Virus record (IMG/VR): IMGVR_UViG_3300005578_000001 | Coordinates: 17,813 to 81,812 of that record | From: a virus | DNA: 64,000 nucleotides | Direction: 5' to 3' (one strand) | Shown: in pieces, positions 39,788 through 51,471 of the stretch | Layout of the letters: each line of letters starts with the position of its first letter | Position numbering within the stretch: the first letter of the stretch is position 1 | Notes under the pieces: generated by a model | Database searches by the model: none | The model's input: the letters and a program-made list of their open reading frames with translations, nothing else | Told to the model about the DNA's origin: nothing | Program-made: the position numbers and the translations under genes

Positions 39788-41188
39788 ATGCCCGATCTCC
39801 TGAACGACGCCAATTCCCCAGCCTATCGTAATGCGGCGTGGACGCGCCAGCAGCCAGCCTTAACCCTCGTGCGCGATCTCGCTGGGGGCACACCTGTTAT
39901 CCGCGCCAAAGGTGAGACCTATCTCCCTAAAGAAGCAGGTGAGAGTCAGACTGCTTATGACGTGCGCCTCGCTCGCTCACTCCTGTTCAACACCTTCGTC
40001 AAGGTACGGGAAGCCCTTATCGGCATGGCGCTCAAGCGCAACCCTGAGTTACAGGATGACGTACCTGCCCAAATCAAATCCGACATCGAAGACATCGATC
40101 TCGAGGGCAACCATCTCGACGTATTCATTAAAGAATCCTTTCGCGACGTAATCAACGATGGGCACGTGATCTGGTTGATTGACATGCAGCCGCCGCTTGA
40201 TCGCTCATTGACCTCGCTTTCATCCACGCCGACCGCGGAAGATGATCAAATCGCGGGCCGTCGCCCTTACTGGGTGAAGTATCGGAAAGACCAGGCCATC
40301 AACTGGAAATCAGATCGCATTAACGGTGAGAAGGTACTTACTAAACTCACCCTTGAAGAATGCGCTACTAAGACCGACGGCGAGTATGGCGAACAGGAAG
40401 TGAAGCGTTATCGTGTACTGACGCTGCCAAAGCTCGCGGAGAAGACTGCCACGAGACCAGCTGTGTATGGCCCGATGGTCTGGGAATTGTTTGAGAAGCG
40501 CACAACCAGCGGGCAGGATAGTTACGATCTGATTGATGGCAACGTTACCGATCTCGATCGTATTCCTATCGTGGTCATCTACGCGCGTAAGAAAGGGTTA
40601 CTGGAATCCGATCCACCTTTACTTGATCTCGCTTACCTGAATATTGGTCACTGGCAGCAATGGAGTGATTTGAATTGTCAACTCCGCATGTTGGTCCCCA
40701 TCCTGCACATCAAAGGCGAGATTCTAAACGTTCCTGAGGCGCGGGAAGGTTCACCCAAACCACAATTGAAGATCGGGCCGGGCGTGGCGGTGCAGACTGA
40801 TAAGGACGGAGCAGTAGCGTATGTCTCTGCCGACGCTGAAGCTACACAAGGCATGAGCGACAATCTGTCCAGTCTTGAACAGCGCATGTCAGCAGTCGGG
40901 TTATCGATTATCGCTCCTAAGCCTACTCAGCCCGCACAAGCGCCAACCGCTACTGAAAAGGTAATGGACCAGAATGAGCGCGAGTCGGAACTGGCTTCAT
41001 GGTTACGAGCATTAAAAGACGGTATTGAGGCTGCATTTCAGGTTCATGCTGAGTATCTGGGCTTGCCGGACGGAGGCTCGATCATTCTCGGATTCGATGA
41101 AGTAGATCCTGAAGCAGTGCAGGCGGTTGAGGCTCCGAAAGGTGGGGTTCAACCGCAACAGGTTCCTGCCCCCACGATGGTACAGTGA
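39788..41188 (+). CDS. portal protein (DUF4055-type)
   Basis: GETYLPK..E...YDVRLARS, PPLLDLAYLNIGHWQ, TATE. Confidence 0.88.
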   Translation: MPDLLNDANSPAYRNAAWTRQQPALTLVRDLAGGTPVIRAKGETYLPKEAGESQTAYDVRLARSLLFNTFVKVREALIGMALKRNPELQDDVPAQIKSDIEDIDLEGNHLDVFIKESFRDVINDGHVIWLIDMQPPLDRSLTSLSSTPTAEDDQIAGRRPYWVKYRKDQAINWKSDRINGEKVLTKLTLEECATKTDGEYGEQEVKRYRVLTLPKLAEKTATRPAVYGPMVWELFEKRTTSGQDSYDLIDGNVTDLDRIPIVVIYARKKGLLESDPPLLDLAYLNIGHWQQWSDLNCQLRMLVPILHIKGEILNVPEAREGSPKPQLKIGPGVAVQTDKDGAVAYVSADAEATQGMSDNLSSLEQRMSAVGLSIIAPKPTQPAQAPTATEKVMDQNERESELASWLRALKDGIEAAFQVHAEYLGLPDGGSIILGFDEVDPEAVQAVEAPKGGVQPQQVPAPTMVQ

Positions 41189-41631
41189 AGAAAGACAAAC
41201 CTATATCCTTTCGTCTCTACCCTGAGGGCTCGTTTCTTTATTGCCAAGTAAACATCTGGCCTAACAAGAAAGCAATGCACGCTCATACCCGGTTGCCTAA
41301 TCACAACTACGAAGCCTGCTGTGGGGGCCGCGAGGAGTATGTGGTTAGAAAGAAGAAAAGGACGCGCAAGACAGGCTTGTTCGCGGAGGCAAATTTCAAC
41401 AGGCACCGGGTAGGCGTGGAAATCATGTCGCACGAGTTAACCCATGCAGCCTTTGCGTTCGCTGAGCGACGTAAGCTTGATTTGAATGAGGCTATTGACA
41501 AGACTTATATTGAGAACGGCGCGTTAGTCGCAATGCAGCGCGATGGCCCTGAGGAACGATTCTGTTATGCGCTGGGCCAGATGTGCCGCCAGTTCACTAT
41601 TAAGTGTTACGAGTTGGGTATTTATCCTTGA
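41185..41631 (+). CDS. hypothetical protein with HExxH motif
   Basis: SHELTHAAF..EERFCY. Confidence 0.55.
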   Translation: MKKDKPISFRLYPEGSFLYCQVNIWPNKKAMHAHTRLPNHNYEACCGGREEYVVRKKKRTRKTGLFAEANFNRHRVGVEIMSHELTHAAFAFAERRKLDLNEAIDKTYIENGALVAMQRDGPEERFCYALGQMCRQFTIKCYELGIYP

Positions 41632-43798
41632 GTGTTACCGCGTGCTCGGTTGAATTGCCCAGCCGCTTCATCAACTATCCGATCCATCAATCCCAGCACT
41701 TGTTGGGCTATCTGTCCAGCCAACACGTCCCATTCCTCACCTGAGAGTGACTGGAATGCGCTAGAATGTTTAATGTAATCATAGGCGAGTTTATTCGCGG
41801 CTTCGATTAGTTCCTGTTTAGCTTCAAGGTTCACTGGTTAGTTCTTCTAATAGCCGAGGCAATCCGCAGCGCTGTAGCTTTCGCGTCGCCAAGTGTGCCG
41901 TTGCGCCAGTCAATCATGGAGTCCCGCTCAGCGATTAAGGCGGCGCGCTCATCACGGGCTTTAATGAGTAGCTCAATCGCGTCAAGTGGACTCGCGTAGA
42001 TGTGCCACTCGTCCAAGAAGAGTTTCGCTATTTCTCTGGGGGATTTTTCTGTAGTTGTGGTTAGCATGGCAGAGTTATTAGTCGAGAGTCGCTGTTCCTG
42101 AGATGCTTAGCCGAGGTGTTGTCTAAACTCCACGAGTTTATGGGTTGTGCTGATTATACGGCCACCAGCGGATAACACTTGCGTAACCCTCATTGGTCCG
42201 CGTACTACCGTCACTATTCAGGTATGTCGGCGGCTCATCGGTGCAGAATGGTGAGTAGAGATAGTTGGTTACGTTACCGCGACGCGAAGTATAGCGGTGC
42301 GAAATACGCAACTTAACTTTTCCGTCTGGGTACTCGGCCCAAACAAGCCGAACTAATCGTAGGCGTTCAAGTAGGCGTTTTAGGCGCGTTATGAAGTCGT
42401 TCCCAATTCGCATAAGTTTCTTCTCAACAGATTCCGGCAGTGTGTCATAACGATCGAGTTCCATTTCTCGCTCCCTTCAAGGTTTTTAGTGTCCATTAGT
42501 AGGTCGCCCCACCTTCAACTCCCCGCGCTTCACGTCCCAATAAGGCGAATGACACTTAGCACACGTCTTTGGTCTCTCCGGTGATCTAGGCCACCATGAT
42601 TTATTACAGCGGAGACAGTGGAGTTGCTTGAGTGTTGCGGTCATCTATTCGGCCCTGCCCGTGCAATCATAGAGTAGCGCAAGACCACCGATGCGCAACG
42701 GCTTGGCGGCCTTTTGGTTAGGCCGTGAATTAACCATCATAACCATTGAACAGTCTAAACAGAACGCTTCCGCGAAAGCTTTAACGCGATCGCCGTAAGA
42801 GGTAGCAAAACCGCTCATCCTGTGACCCTTAGTCACCGCTTGTTTAAGCGCATCTTTTTCTAGTTTGCGGCGTTCGTCTGCCGCTGTACGTGATTTTTTG
42901 GTTGTTACCATCGGCTTCTCCTTTGCTATTAGCCCCTCGCCAATTGATACGCATCTTCAGCCGCTCGCACGAGTCCTGTTAACGCCTTCACTGAGTAGCC
43001 TCTATTCACCGCCAACTCAATCAGTCTTTGATGTCGCGCCATTACTTCGTCCACGTCGAACGCCTGAAACTTGGAAGTGCCGCGTTTCGACTCCACTTTC
43101 GGCATCCGCTTCTGCAATAGCGCCATCAGGCGCGTTCTAACCTTCGGCATCGGTCTTTGCGAAACTTCTGCCCCGCATTGGGTACATTGACCCATCTCGT
43201 GGTCGGCAGCGGTAATTCCACCCTTGCATTGTCGGCATATCTCTTGGCGCTTCGCGTTTATCATCATGGTCAGGCGGCCTCCTTGTTAGTTTCTCTTCGG
43301 GGCCATTTCGCGGCAAATTCACTCGTGGTCAACACGGCCAAGTCGTCGCCGGGTTCTCCGTCAAAGCACGCACGGCATAGCGCTAATTCAGACTCGCCTT
43401 TGCCCGTTTCGCGGGTAAGGAACGTGCACGCCCTGCACATGTAGCAGCCTGAGCCCCGTCCGAATCTTGATCTGCGTCTCGCTTTGTTTGTCTTTGTCAT
43501 GGTGAAGACAGAATACTCTAATTCTATCCACGTGTCAACATAATTCTTCTACTTTCTTCTTTTACTGCAACACTTTTTCGTAAGCCTTAATCAGCTTTTC
43601 ATTCCATTCACGTCTTCCTCTTTCAAGATCCGAGACGTAGGCGGCGCTGAACTCCATCAACTCCGCTACGCGCTGGAGTGACAAGCCTGCCGTTTCTCTC
43701 TTTTCTCTCATAACCTGCCCACGATAGGTAGCATTTTCTCGCTGCCCGGTCCCGTTACAGCGTTCGCACGGTCTCGTCTTTGTTATACGCATTGCCAC
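41622..43798 (-). other. inverted cluster of small early-type genes inside the head module
   Basis: Minus-strand ORFs with their own TTGACA promoters near 43530 and 43830. Confidence 0.65.
43562..43798 (-). CDS. XRE HTH protein with N-terminal CxxC
   Basis: MREKRETAGLSLQRVAELMEFSAAYVSDLERGRR. Confidence 0.78.
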   Translation of the reverse strand: MAMRITKTRPCERCNGTGQRENATYRGQVMREKRETAGLSLQRVAELMEFSAAYVSDLERGRREWNEKLIKAYEKVLQ

Positions 43799-43999
43799 GC
43801 ATGGTAAGCATATAAAGCTAACATTGTCAAGGGCTTAGCGATAAAAATTGTTTGCAATTTGACCGAATAAGTGTATTCTTTGTTCGATGTTGAATCTGAG
43901 TCGCCTCAGATCATCAGTTATCTTTGACGCGAAGGCGCAAAGGTTCGGCTTCTGGCCCATGAGCCAAGCGCAAATCAGGGCCACACTCAACTATGTTAA

Positions 44000-45211
44000 A
44001 TGACTCGCAGGCTGATAATCATCGGAGGCCCGCACGTTGGTAAGACAACTCTTGCCCAGCGGTTCAAAGACGAATTTGGAATCTCCACGACTCGCCATAG
44101 TGATGACGTTAAACATCTTGGCTGGAGTGAATCGAGCGAATTTGCCTCGAAGTGGTTCAGTGAACCGGGCGAGTGGGTAATTGAAGGTGTGCAGATGGCG
44201 CGGGCCCTCAGGAAATGGCTGAAAGCTAATCCTGAAACGCCCTTAGACGCTGATATTCTGATACTTGAAAAGCCCTTTGGCCCACTGTTGCAAGGCCAGC
44301 AGTCGATGGCTAAAGGCGTACAAACGGTTTTCAGGGAAATACAAGGGGATTTAATAAAACGCGGCGCGCGGATTCACAGGTTAAGCAATCCGGACGACGC
44401 GATTGGCATTATAAATACTTCTCCCGAGCGTGATGCAGAGGAAAACCAGAAAGGTGTGATACCTCGAATGGGCTACAAGAAAACCTTAACCAAGGCCGAA
44501 TGGGAGGCGCTACCGGAAACGGCGCGCCAGGCGCTTACTGAACAGAAGGTCTATGTTGCGGATGGCGAGAATTGGAAGCTTGACGCCGACGATTCCGACG
44601 ATGTGACAAAACTCTCAGCTGCGATCAAAAAAGAGCGTGAGGCTCGGGCGCAGGCAGAGAAAGACCTGAAAGCGGAGCGCGACAAACTAAGTGGAGTCGA
44701 TCTTGAACGATACAACCAACTCATCGCGGAGGCTGACGCCAAAGAAACCGACGAGTTGAAGTCCAAAGGCAAGATTGACGAACTTATTGAGAAACATAAC
44801 AAGGAAAAGAAGGCCATCAACGACGGCTGGGAAAAGAAATACAACGACCTGACGGCAGATTTCAACACGCTGCGGGTCGATCACAGGCTTCGTAAGGCTT
44901 TCGAAGATGGCGGCGTGATCGCGGATCGCATCGATGATGCGGTTGAGCTAACCAAGAAAGTTGTAAAGCTCACGGATAAAGGCGATCTCCAGGTGCTTGA
45001 TGATGATGGCTCCCCAATGGACGCGAGCCTTGACATCTACGCCAAGGAATTGCTGAAAGAGCGCAAGCCGTGGCTTTACGCGGCGAGTAACGCTGGCGGA
45101 ACCGGAGCCCAAAACGGCACACATATCTCGCCTTCGGGTGTAGATCTTTCCAAGCTCTCGGCCACAGAGAAGCTGAAGTATGCTAATCGAGTGGAGGCCG
45201 GAGCTACGTAA
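44000..45211 (+). CDS. P-loop kinase-like domain fused in frame to the capsid scaffolding protein (internal start 44468)
   Basis: GGPHVGKT; coiled-coil C-terminal half ending KPWLY..GGTG, directly upstream of the capsid gene. Confidence 0.75.
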   Translation: MTRRLIIIGGPHVGKTTLAQRFKDEFGISTTRHSDDVKHLGWSESSEFASKWFSEPGEWVIEGVQMARALRKWLKANPETPLDADILILEKPFGPLLQGQQSMAKGVQTVFREIQGDLIKRGARIHRLSNPDDAIGIINTSPERDAEENQKGVIPRMGYKKTLTKAEWEALPETARQALTEQKVYVADGENWKLDADDSDDVTKLSAAIKKEREARAQAEKDLKAERDKLSGVDLERYNQLIAEADAKETDELKSKGKIDELIEKHNKEKKAINDGWEKKYNDLTADFNTLRVDHRLRKAFEDGGVIADRIDDAVELTKKVVKLTDKGDLQVLDDDGSPMDASLDIYAKELLKERKPWLYAASNAGGTGAQNGTHISPSGVDLSKLSATEKLKYANRVEAGAT

Positions 45212-45225
45212 AGGAGTAACACTAA

Positions 45226-46152
45226 ATGGCACTCACGCTCGTGGAAGCTGCCAAGCTTAATTCGGGAGAAGTTAAGCGCAGCGCGATCATTGAGTTATTT
45301 GCGCAAGGTTCAGACATCTTACGCACCCTTCCTTTTGACACCATCGCCGGAAACGCCCTCCAGTACAATCGTGAGGAAACCCTGCCCGGCATCGGTTTTC
45401 GTGGAGTCAACGAAGCCTACACAGAATCAACGGGCGTGATCAATCCAGTCACCGAACCGCTGGTTATCGCGGGCGGTGATCTTGACGTTGACGTATTTAT
45501 TCTTGACACGATGGGGCAGGATCAACGCGCCGTGCAGGAAGCGATGAAGACCAAAGCCCTTGCCCTGCGCTGGTCACAGGCAATCATCAAAGGTGACTCG
45601 ACGGTTGACCCGCGCGTGTTTGATGGCCTACAGGTCAGACTGACAGGCTCGCAGAAGATTCAGGCTGGCACTACGGCCAACGGTACGCCGCTCTCTCTTG
45701 CGAAGCTGGACGAAGCCATCGACGCGGTTGATTCACCTACGCACCTGATTATGAATAAGACCATGCGGCGTTTGCTTACTGCTGCTGCGCGCGCGACTAC
45801 CGTGAGCGGGTACATTACTTACGGGCAGGATGAATTCGGGCGCTCGATAACGAAGTACAACGATCTCCCGATCCTGATTATCGAGCAGGATAATGCGGGC
45901 AATGAGATCCTACCATTCACTGAGACTGCCACTTCAGGCACCGCGACTGCAACCTCCATCTACGTCGTCTCTTTCATGGAAGGAAAACTACAAGGTATTC
46001 AGAATAGCGTGATGAGCGTGCGTGATTTGGGCGAGTTGCAAACGCAGCCCGTCAAACGTACTCGCGTGGAGTGGTATGCTGGTATTGCCCTCTTCCACCC
46101 GCGCGCTGCTGCGCGTCTCTGGTCCATCTCAAACGGCGCCGTGACTGCGTAA
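45226..46152 (+). CDS. major capsid protein
   Basis: MALTLVEAAK..IIELF..ILRTLPF..YNRE, FRGVNE, FDGL; AAGGAG RBS. Confidence 0.9.
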   Translation: MALTLVEAAKLNSGEVKRSAIIELFAQGSDILRTLPFDTIAGNALQYNREETLPGIGFRGVNEAYTESTGVINPVTEPLVIAGGDLDVDVFILDTMGQDQRAVQEAMKTKALALRWSQAIIKGDSTVDPRVFDGLQVRLTGSQKIQAGTTANGTPLSLAKLDEAIDAVDSPTHLIMNKTMRRLLTAAARATTVSGYITYGQDEFGRSITKYNDLPILIIEQDNAGNEILPFTETATSGTATATSIYVVSFMEGKLQGIQNSVMSVRDLGELQTQPVKRTRVEWYAGIALFHPRAAARLWSISNGAVTA

Positions 46153-46173
46153 GACGCTACAAGGAGAATCGAT

Positions 46174-46641
46174 ATGACTTATACCGCTGCAAAACATCGT
46201 GCGTCTTACACTTTTGACGCAGATCTCGAAATGAAGGACGCTGGCTTAATCGCCGCTGACGCGGCCTGGCTGGTAGGAGGCTCGGCCCGTGTATTGGATG
46301 TCGGCACAGGCCGCTTCTGTGGTCAATGCGTGATTGACGTAAGCGCGCTGGAGATTGCCTCTGGGGATGAGCGTTACACGTTTCTCATTCAAGGCAGTTC
46401 CAGTGCAACCTTCGCCTCGGACGTAGTGATCCTCGCCGCATTGCCTATAGGTGATGGTTCCACCATCGGCACCGCCTTTGGTTCATCCGGCGTGGACGTG
46501 GACGACACGACAGGGCGCTATGTCCTTCCGTTCACCAACGAGCGCAACAACACCTACTATCGCTACATTCGCGGCTGGACCGACGTTTCCGGCACGATCG
46601 CCACGGGCATCGCATTCACGGCTTTTATCGCGAAGGAATAG
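46174..46641 (+). CDS. head decoration/structural protein
   Basis: Beta-rich, YRYIR motif, follows the capsid gene. Confidence 0.65.
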   Translation: MTYTAAKHRASYTFDADLEMKDAGLIAADAAWLVGGSARVLDVGTGRFCGQCVIDVSALEIASGDERYTFLIQGSSSATFASDVVILAALPIGDGSTIGTAFGSSGVDVDDTTGRYVLPFTNERNNTYYRYIRGWTDVSGTIATGIAFTAFIAKE

Positions 46642-46707
46642 TTGTTGCCCTGAGTTATTCACGCGCCCCCTCGGGTCCGGTTATCGAACAAAGAAAGGGT
46701 TAAAGCA

Positions 46708-49700
46708 ATGGCTAAGGAAGTTGTAGCGACTACGCCAAAGGTAGTCTCCACGCCGCGGATCATCAAAGATCCGCCTGCCCCGCAACAGGTACGCATTTAT
46801 CACAAAGACGGCTCATTTCAGGACGTGTTTCCGGTCGATGCAAAGGAGGCAGTATTGACAGGCGAATACACGCTGGAAGCGCCAATCGTCTCGACCGAAG
46901 GTGAGAACGTGCATAAGCCGATTCGTCCTGAGACAGTGACAGGGTTGATGCCCGAGATGGGCGTACCGCTAGCTGAGCTTGAAGCGGCGGGGTCGGCTGG
47001 CGGTGAAGAGGATGACGCCGGGGCGAAACTTCGTGGTCCACTACCTGATGATTTTCCGTCTCGCGCTGCCCTTGATGCAGCTGGTTATGGTACCTACGCG
47101 AAGGTGCGCAAGCTGACCAGCAAAGGTGAAGGCTGGTGGAAAGACGTGAATGGGGTAGGTGAGAAATCATACGGGGCAATTGAAGACGCGCTCAAGGAGA
47201 AGTAATGTCCTACAATCCCGAAACGGATCAGGCGCAGTCTGAAGCCGCATCAAAACTCGCGGGCCTGACTAAAGCAAAGATCGAGGGTATGGTTGGCGGT
47301 GTCGGGGGCAGTTACAAGCTTGCCCGTGGGGTCCACACTCAGGTGGCTGCTTCCGATACGGTCGTTACCGGGCTGGCAACAGTGGTGGCGGTGATTGTTA
47401 ACTTTGGCAGTGCCCCTACAGTCAAGCAGTTGTTCTGCGCAGGCTCGATTGGCGATCAGGCTGGTACTCCTGCGGCAGGCTCGGTTCTGATCACCACCTA
47501 CAAACCCACTGCCGTAAATGACGTTACCCCAACCGCCGCGACGGATTTTACTGACAATGTGAAGATTGCATGGATTGCCATAGGAACTTAGGAGACTTAT
47601 GCCGACCATTATTCCTAACCAGAACTTTAAGCACGGTACTGAGACTTATAAAGAGGGTGAATCCTACGAAGTCTCAGAGTCTGAGGCGTATTACTTTCAA
47701 ATGGCCGGGTGGGTAGGTGAGAAAGTAGGTAGCGTAACTACTGCGACACTTGAAGTTCACGATTCACAGTTAGGCCATCAGGCGGAGGTGAAATAAGTTG
47801 GCTAAAAGTGTTCACGACTCAGTCTTGGATGGAGCCTTTGACATCCTTGATCAAGCAAACATTATGAACGTGTGCAGCGCTGAGCCCACCACGCGCACAG
47901 AAGCAATAACCACCTTCTCATTGGCTGACGTTCCGATGACGGTCAATACGGATTACACGAAGGCTAATGGCGATACTTCAGGACGTAAGTGTACAGTAGC
48001 GGCGAAGTCAGCCGTTCCTGTAGATAGCTCAGGCACAGCGACCCATGTCGCGCTCTGTGATGGTACAAACCTGCTCTACGTCACCACCTGCACATCTCAG
48101 GTTTTAACCGCGGGCAACACGGTCAATATCCCGGCGTGGAAAATTGAGATTGCCGATCCTACTTAAGAGAGCGAGATAAAGTGCCTACTATTGATCGGGC
48201 TAATCGCAAGTATCAAATCCTTGGCATCCATGGCGGCGATGTTCGCACTGTTTCCGAGAACGTAGCGCGAGTACGCATGTACATTGGCGGTGAAGAGATC
48301 GACGAGGATTTTCCTTTGCCCCGAGAGATCACCGTTGAGGAGCAGTTGGACGAAGCTATTCAAACGCGCATAGCCCACCTGAAAGGTGACAAGTGAGCCG
48401 ACAGACGTGGCAAGAGGAAATCGCAACCGCAACTGCGGACGGAACGGCGGTCGCTAATACGACCACTGAATCGATTGCTTTCCCCAACCTGACAATCCCA
48501 GCAAACTTCTTACAGGATGGGCGCACACTTCGTCTCACCGCCTTTGGTAAACTCTCCACTACAGGCACGCCGACAATCATCTTTGCTATTCGTTTCGGTG
48601 GCGTGACCGGAACGCTACTGGCGACCACTGAAGCAATCACCACCGCCTCAGGAGCGGCCAACACCGCCTGGTCCCTTGATGTGCTAATTCAGGTTAGAGC
48701 AAATGGAGCCACCGGATCACTATTGGTTATGGGTAATACGCGAGTGAACCTGACTGCATCGACGGTTACGGCGGGAGTGTTTGGCGTTTCAGGTTTTGAC
48801 GCACCCGCGCCCGTGACAGTGGATCTAACCGCGGATACGGCGCTCTCGATCACCGCCAAGTGGTCGGCAGCGTCATCGTCAAACACATTAACCGGGCTGA
48901 TTTATACGCTTGAGGCGCTTAATTAGGAAGCAGGGAAAATCTTGGACTCGATTAAAAACTTTGCCAAAGTCACCGTGGATGGTCTCTACGATGACACTGA
49001 CACCAGTATAACATTACTGACCGGACACGGAGCGCGGCTCCCCGATCCTCCCTTTAACGCCGTCTGGTGGAATGCTACCGACTTTCCCGATCCGAGTGAT
49101 GATATCGGAGTTGAGATTGTACGGGTCACTGCCAAAAGCGGTGAAATTCTCACGATCACCCGCGCGCAGGAGGGCACCGACGCGAGTGATCACAGCCTGC
49201 CGGGGAAAACTTACCAGATGATCGCCGGACTGACTGGGAAGACGGTTAGTGATCTGATATCGCTACTGGGTGACGTATTCGGTTCCGGGATAGCGGTGCT
49301 AGTGCTGCCGGACGAAAGCCGTCTGCGATTACGATTCTCTTCATCTCGGTTCCTACAGGTAGACACGAACACAATCGAACTACAAAGCACGGACATCAAA
49401 GCCGGAGACGTTGAAGGTGAGGGTAATTCGTCTTACTACTTTCTGGATGATACCAATGGGCTTTTTATTCTTAATAACCTCAACTTGGCAAGCAGTCAGA
49501 CTGAGAGTGCGACTACGGCAGTAGGAACGCTGGCGGGAAAGTTAGCTGTCCGTAACGTGGCTGGTACTATAGTTGGTTATCTGCCGCTTTACAATTCCAT
49601 CACCTGAGAAACCTTATGTCTTATGGATCGTCAGCCTACGGAGCGATTGCATATAGCGGTTCGGCTGGATCGGATTGGCAGGTTTTCTTTCCGCTTATCT

Positions 49701-49984
49701 TCCGGGATACTGGAACAGTTTACGAAGCCTCAGTAAGCTTCTCGGGTAGTAATAGTTTCTATGAAGTGCGCACGCGGCAGGAAACCGAGGAAATCAACGT
49801 AGTCTACCGGATCTATTCAGCGCATGAGGCGGGGGAAACACCACAACTACAGGTAACAGCAGGTGGTGGTGGTCCAACCCAGTCAATCATTGCCGCCGCA
49901 CCCCTGATTACCGTGCAAGCTGAGGTGGTGGATGATGAGTTTGGTAACATCTTTTCCGTCACCGGGCGGGGCTATAATCAATAA
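46708..49984 (+). other. cluster of virion structural/minor proteins (46708-47205, 47205-47591, 47599-47796, 47798-48166, 48181-48396, 48393-48926, 48942-49607, 49616-49984)
   Basis: Coupled T/A/G-rich beta-type ORFs. Confidence 0.65.
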
Positions 49985-49986
49985 AT

Positions 49987-51471
49987 GTGGCTAATGCGAC
50001 CATTCGAGACTCAACTCTCACTAATCCGGGCAGCACAGGCTCGACCATCACCGTAACCCTCCCTACTCATGCTGCTGGCGATATAATTTACATTTGCATA
50101 GGTAACACGGGTAATACGCTCTGGACGGGAAATCCGGCGGGCTGGAATCGTATCCAGCAGGTACAGGTAGGCACAACCACCAATGGCTTACTGGGCACGT
50201 GGTTCTGGCGATTGGTTTTGTCCGGTGACTCCTTACCGCTGGCGAATCCGGTCTTTACTCTTGGGGCCACAGTTAGCCGGATGGCAATTGCGCGTTCCAT
50301 TCAGGGCGCTGATACTGAGGGTCCGTTTGCGCTCGGCGAATGGACGGCACGTAACTACACCACGGGCACGGCTAATCCCGTGCGGCCCGGCACGATCACG
50401 ACGCTTGCACCCGAGTCTCTTGTCTTGCATGACTATCTCTCGCGAGCGGCAACCAACGCTCCCGATCCATCTGGTTACACTCAGGATGAGGAAATCATTA
50501 TCAGTGGCACACTGGTTGGTAATGGTAGTCAGAAGGTAGTAGCAGATCAGCAAACCGCTCTCACTAATCAGGACGCCTCACCTGCCTCCGGAGTGCGCTG
50601 GGCCGCAGGGATTATTGCTGTCCCTTCCCCAAGCTATCCTTACTATCGCGCCTCAAGCTCGGCAACAACAGCTAGTGGTACAAATGTCACCCCAGCTTTA
50701 CCTACAGGTTCAACTGCCAGTGACGTTAACGGTCGTAAAGATGTCTTGATTGCCACGCTTGAAGGGGCAGGCTCAACCACTCTTTCAATGACGGACAGTG
50801 CCTGGAACGAGATTACGGGATTCACAAACACCACCAGTGGCGGAGGTAGTTCGGTCAAGAAGTTTTGGGCCTACATGAGTGGGACTCTGAATCGCCAGTG
50901 TAATCGCACCGGAACAGGAGAGTTAAGCGCTTATATCAACACTTATCACAACTGTCACCAGACTGCCCCGGTAGGTGCGGTAAATAACGCCCAAGTCGCC
51001 TCTTCAACTACTTCAACATGGAACGCCCTCAGTCGTACCAATACAAAAGTTGCGATGAATGCTACTTGTATAGCGGATGCTCTGCCGTCGTTCACCGCCC
51101 CCTCAGGTTGGACCGAGCGCATGGACGGTTTGGGTATGACCTGTGCCGATCAGCCGTTTAACGCCACTGGCTCAACCACCTCGGCGGCTTTCACTCTCTC
51201 GACTGCGAGTCCGACACTGGTAGGTCTGATTGAGTTGGTAGGGGCTGCGAGCGTGGCCCTGCCTGTGGATCTGGTGGTGAATAACGGGGCGCATGCCCAG
51301 ACAGCGGCGAATGCAGTTCTGACTCAGGTGCATGTTTTAGCGGTAGCGAATGCGGCTCATGCTCACACGGCAGAGAATCTGACGGTAACGACTACAGAAG
51401 TTATTGCACCTAAACCAGCCAACTATCGCAGGTTTCGCGCGGATAGCAACCTGTCGGTATGGACCGAGTAA
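49987..51471 (+). CDS. virion surface/fibre protein with His-repeat and C-terminal KPANY motif
   Basis: T/S/G-rich beta domains; two His repeats near the C-terminus. Confidence 0.7.
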   Translation: MANATIRDSTLTNPGSTGSTITVTLPTHAAGDIIYICIGNTGNTLWTGNPAGWNRIQQVQVGTTTNGLLGTWFWRLVLSGDSLPLANPVFTLGATVSRMAIARSIQGADTEGPFALGEWTARNYTTGTANPVRPGTITTLAPESLVLHDYLSRAATNAPDPSGYTQDEEIIISGTLVGNGSQKVVADQQTALTNQDASPASGVRWAAGIIAVPSPSYPYYRASSSATTASGTNVTPALPTGSTASDVNGRKDVLIATLEGAGSTTLSMTDSAWNEITGFTNTTSGGGSSVKKFWAYMSGTLNRQCNRTGTGELSAYINTYHNCHQTAPVGAVNNAQVASSTTSTWNALSRTNTKVAMNATCIADALPSFTAPSGWTERMDGLGMTCADQPFNATGSTTSAAFTLSTASPTLVGLIELVGAASVALPVDLVVNNGAHAQTAANAVLTQVHVLAVANAAHAHTAENLTVTTTEVIAPKPANYRRFRADSNLSVWTE

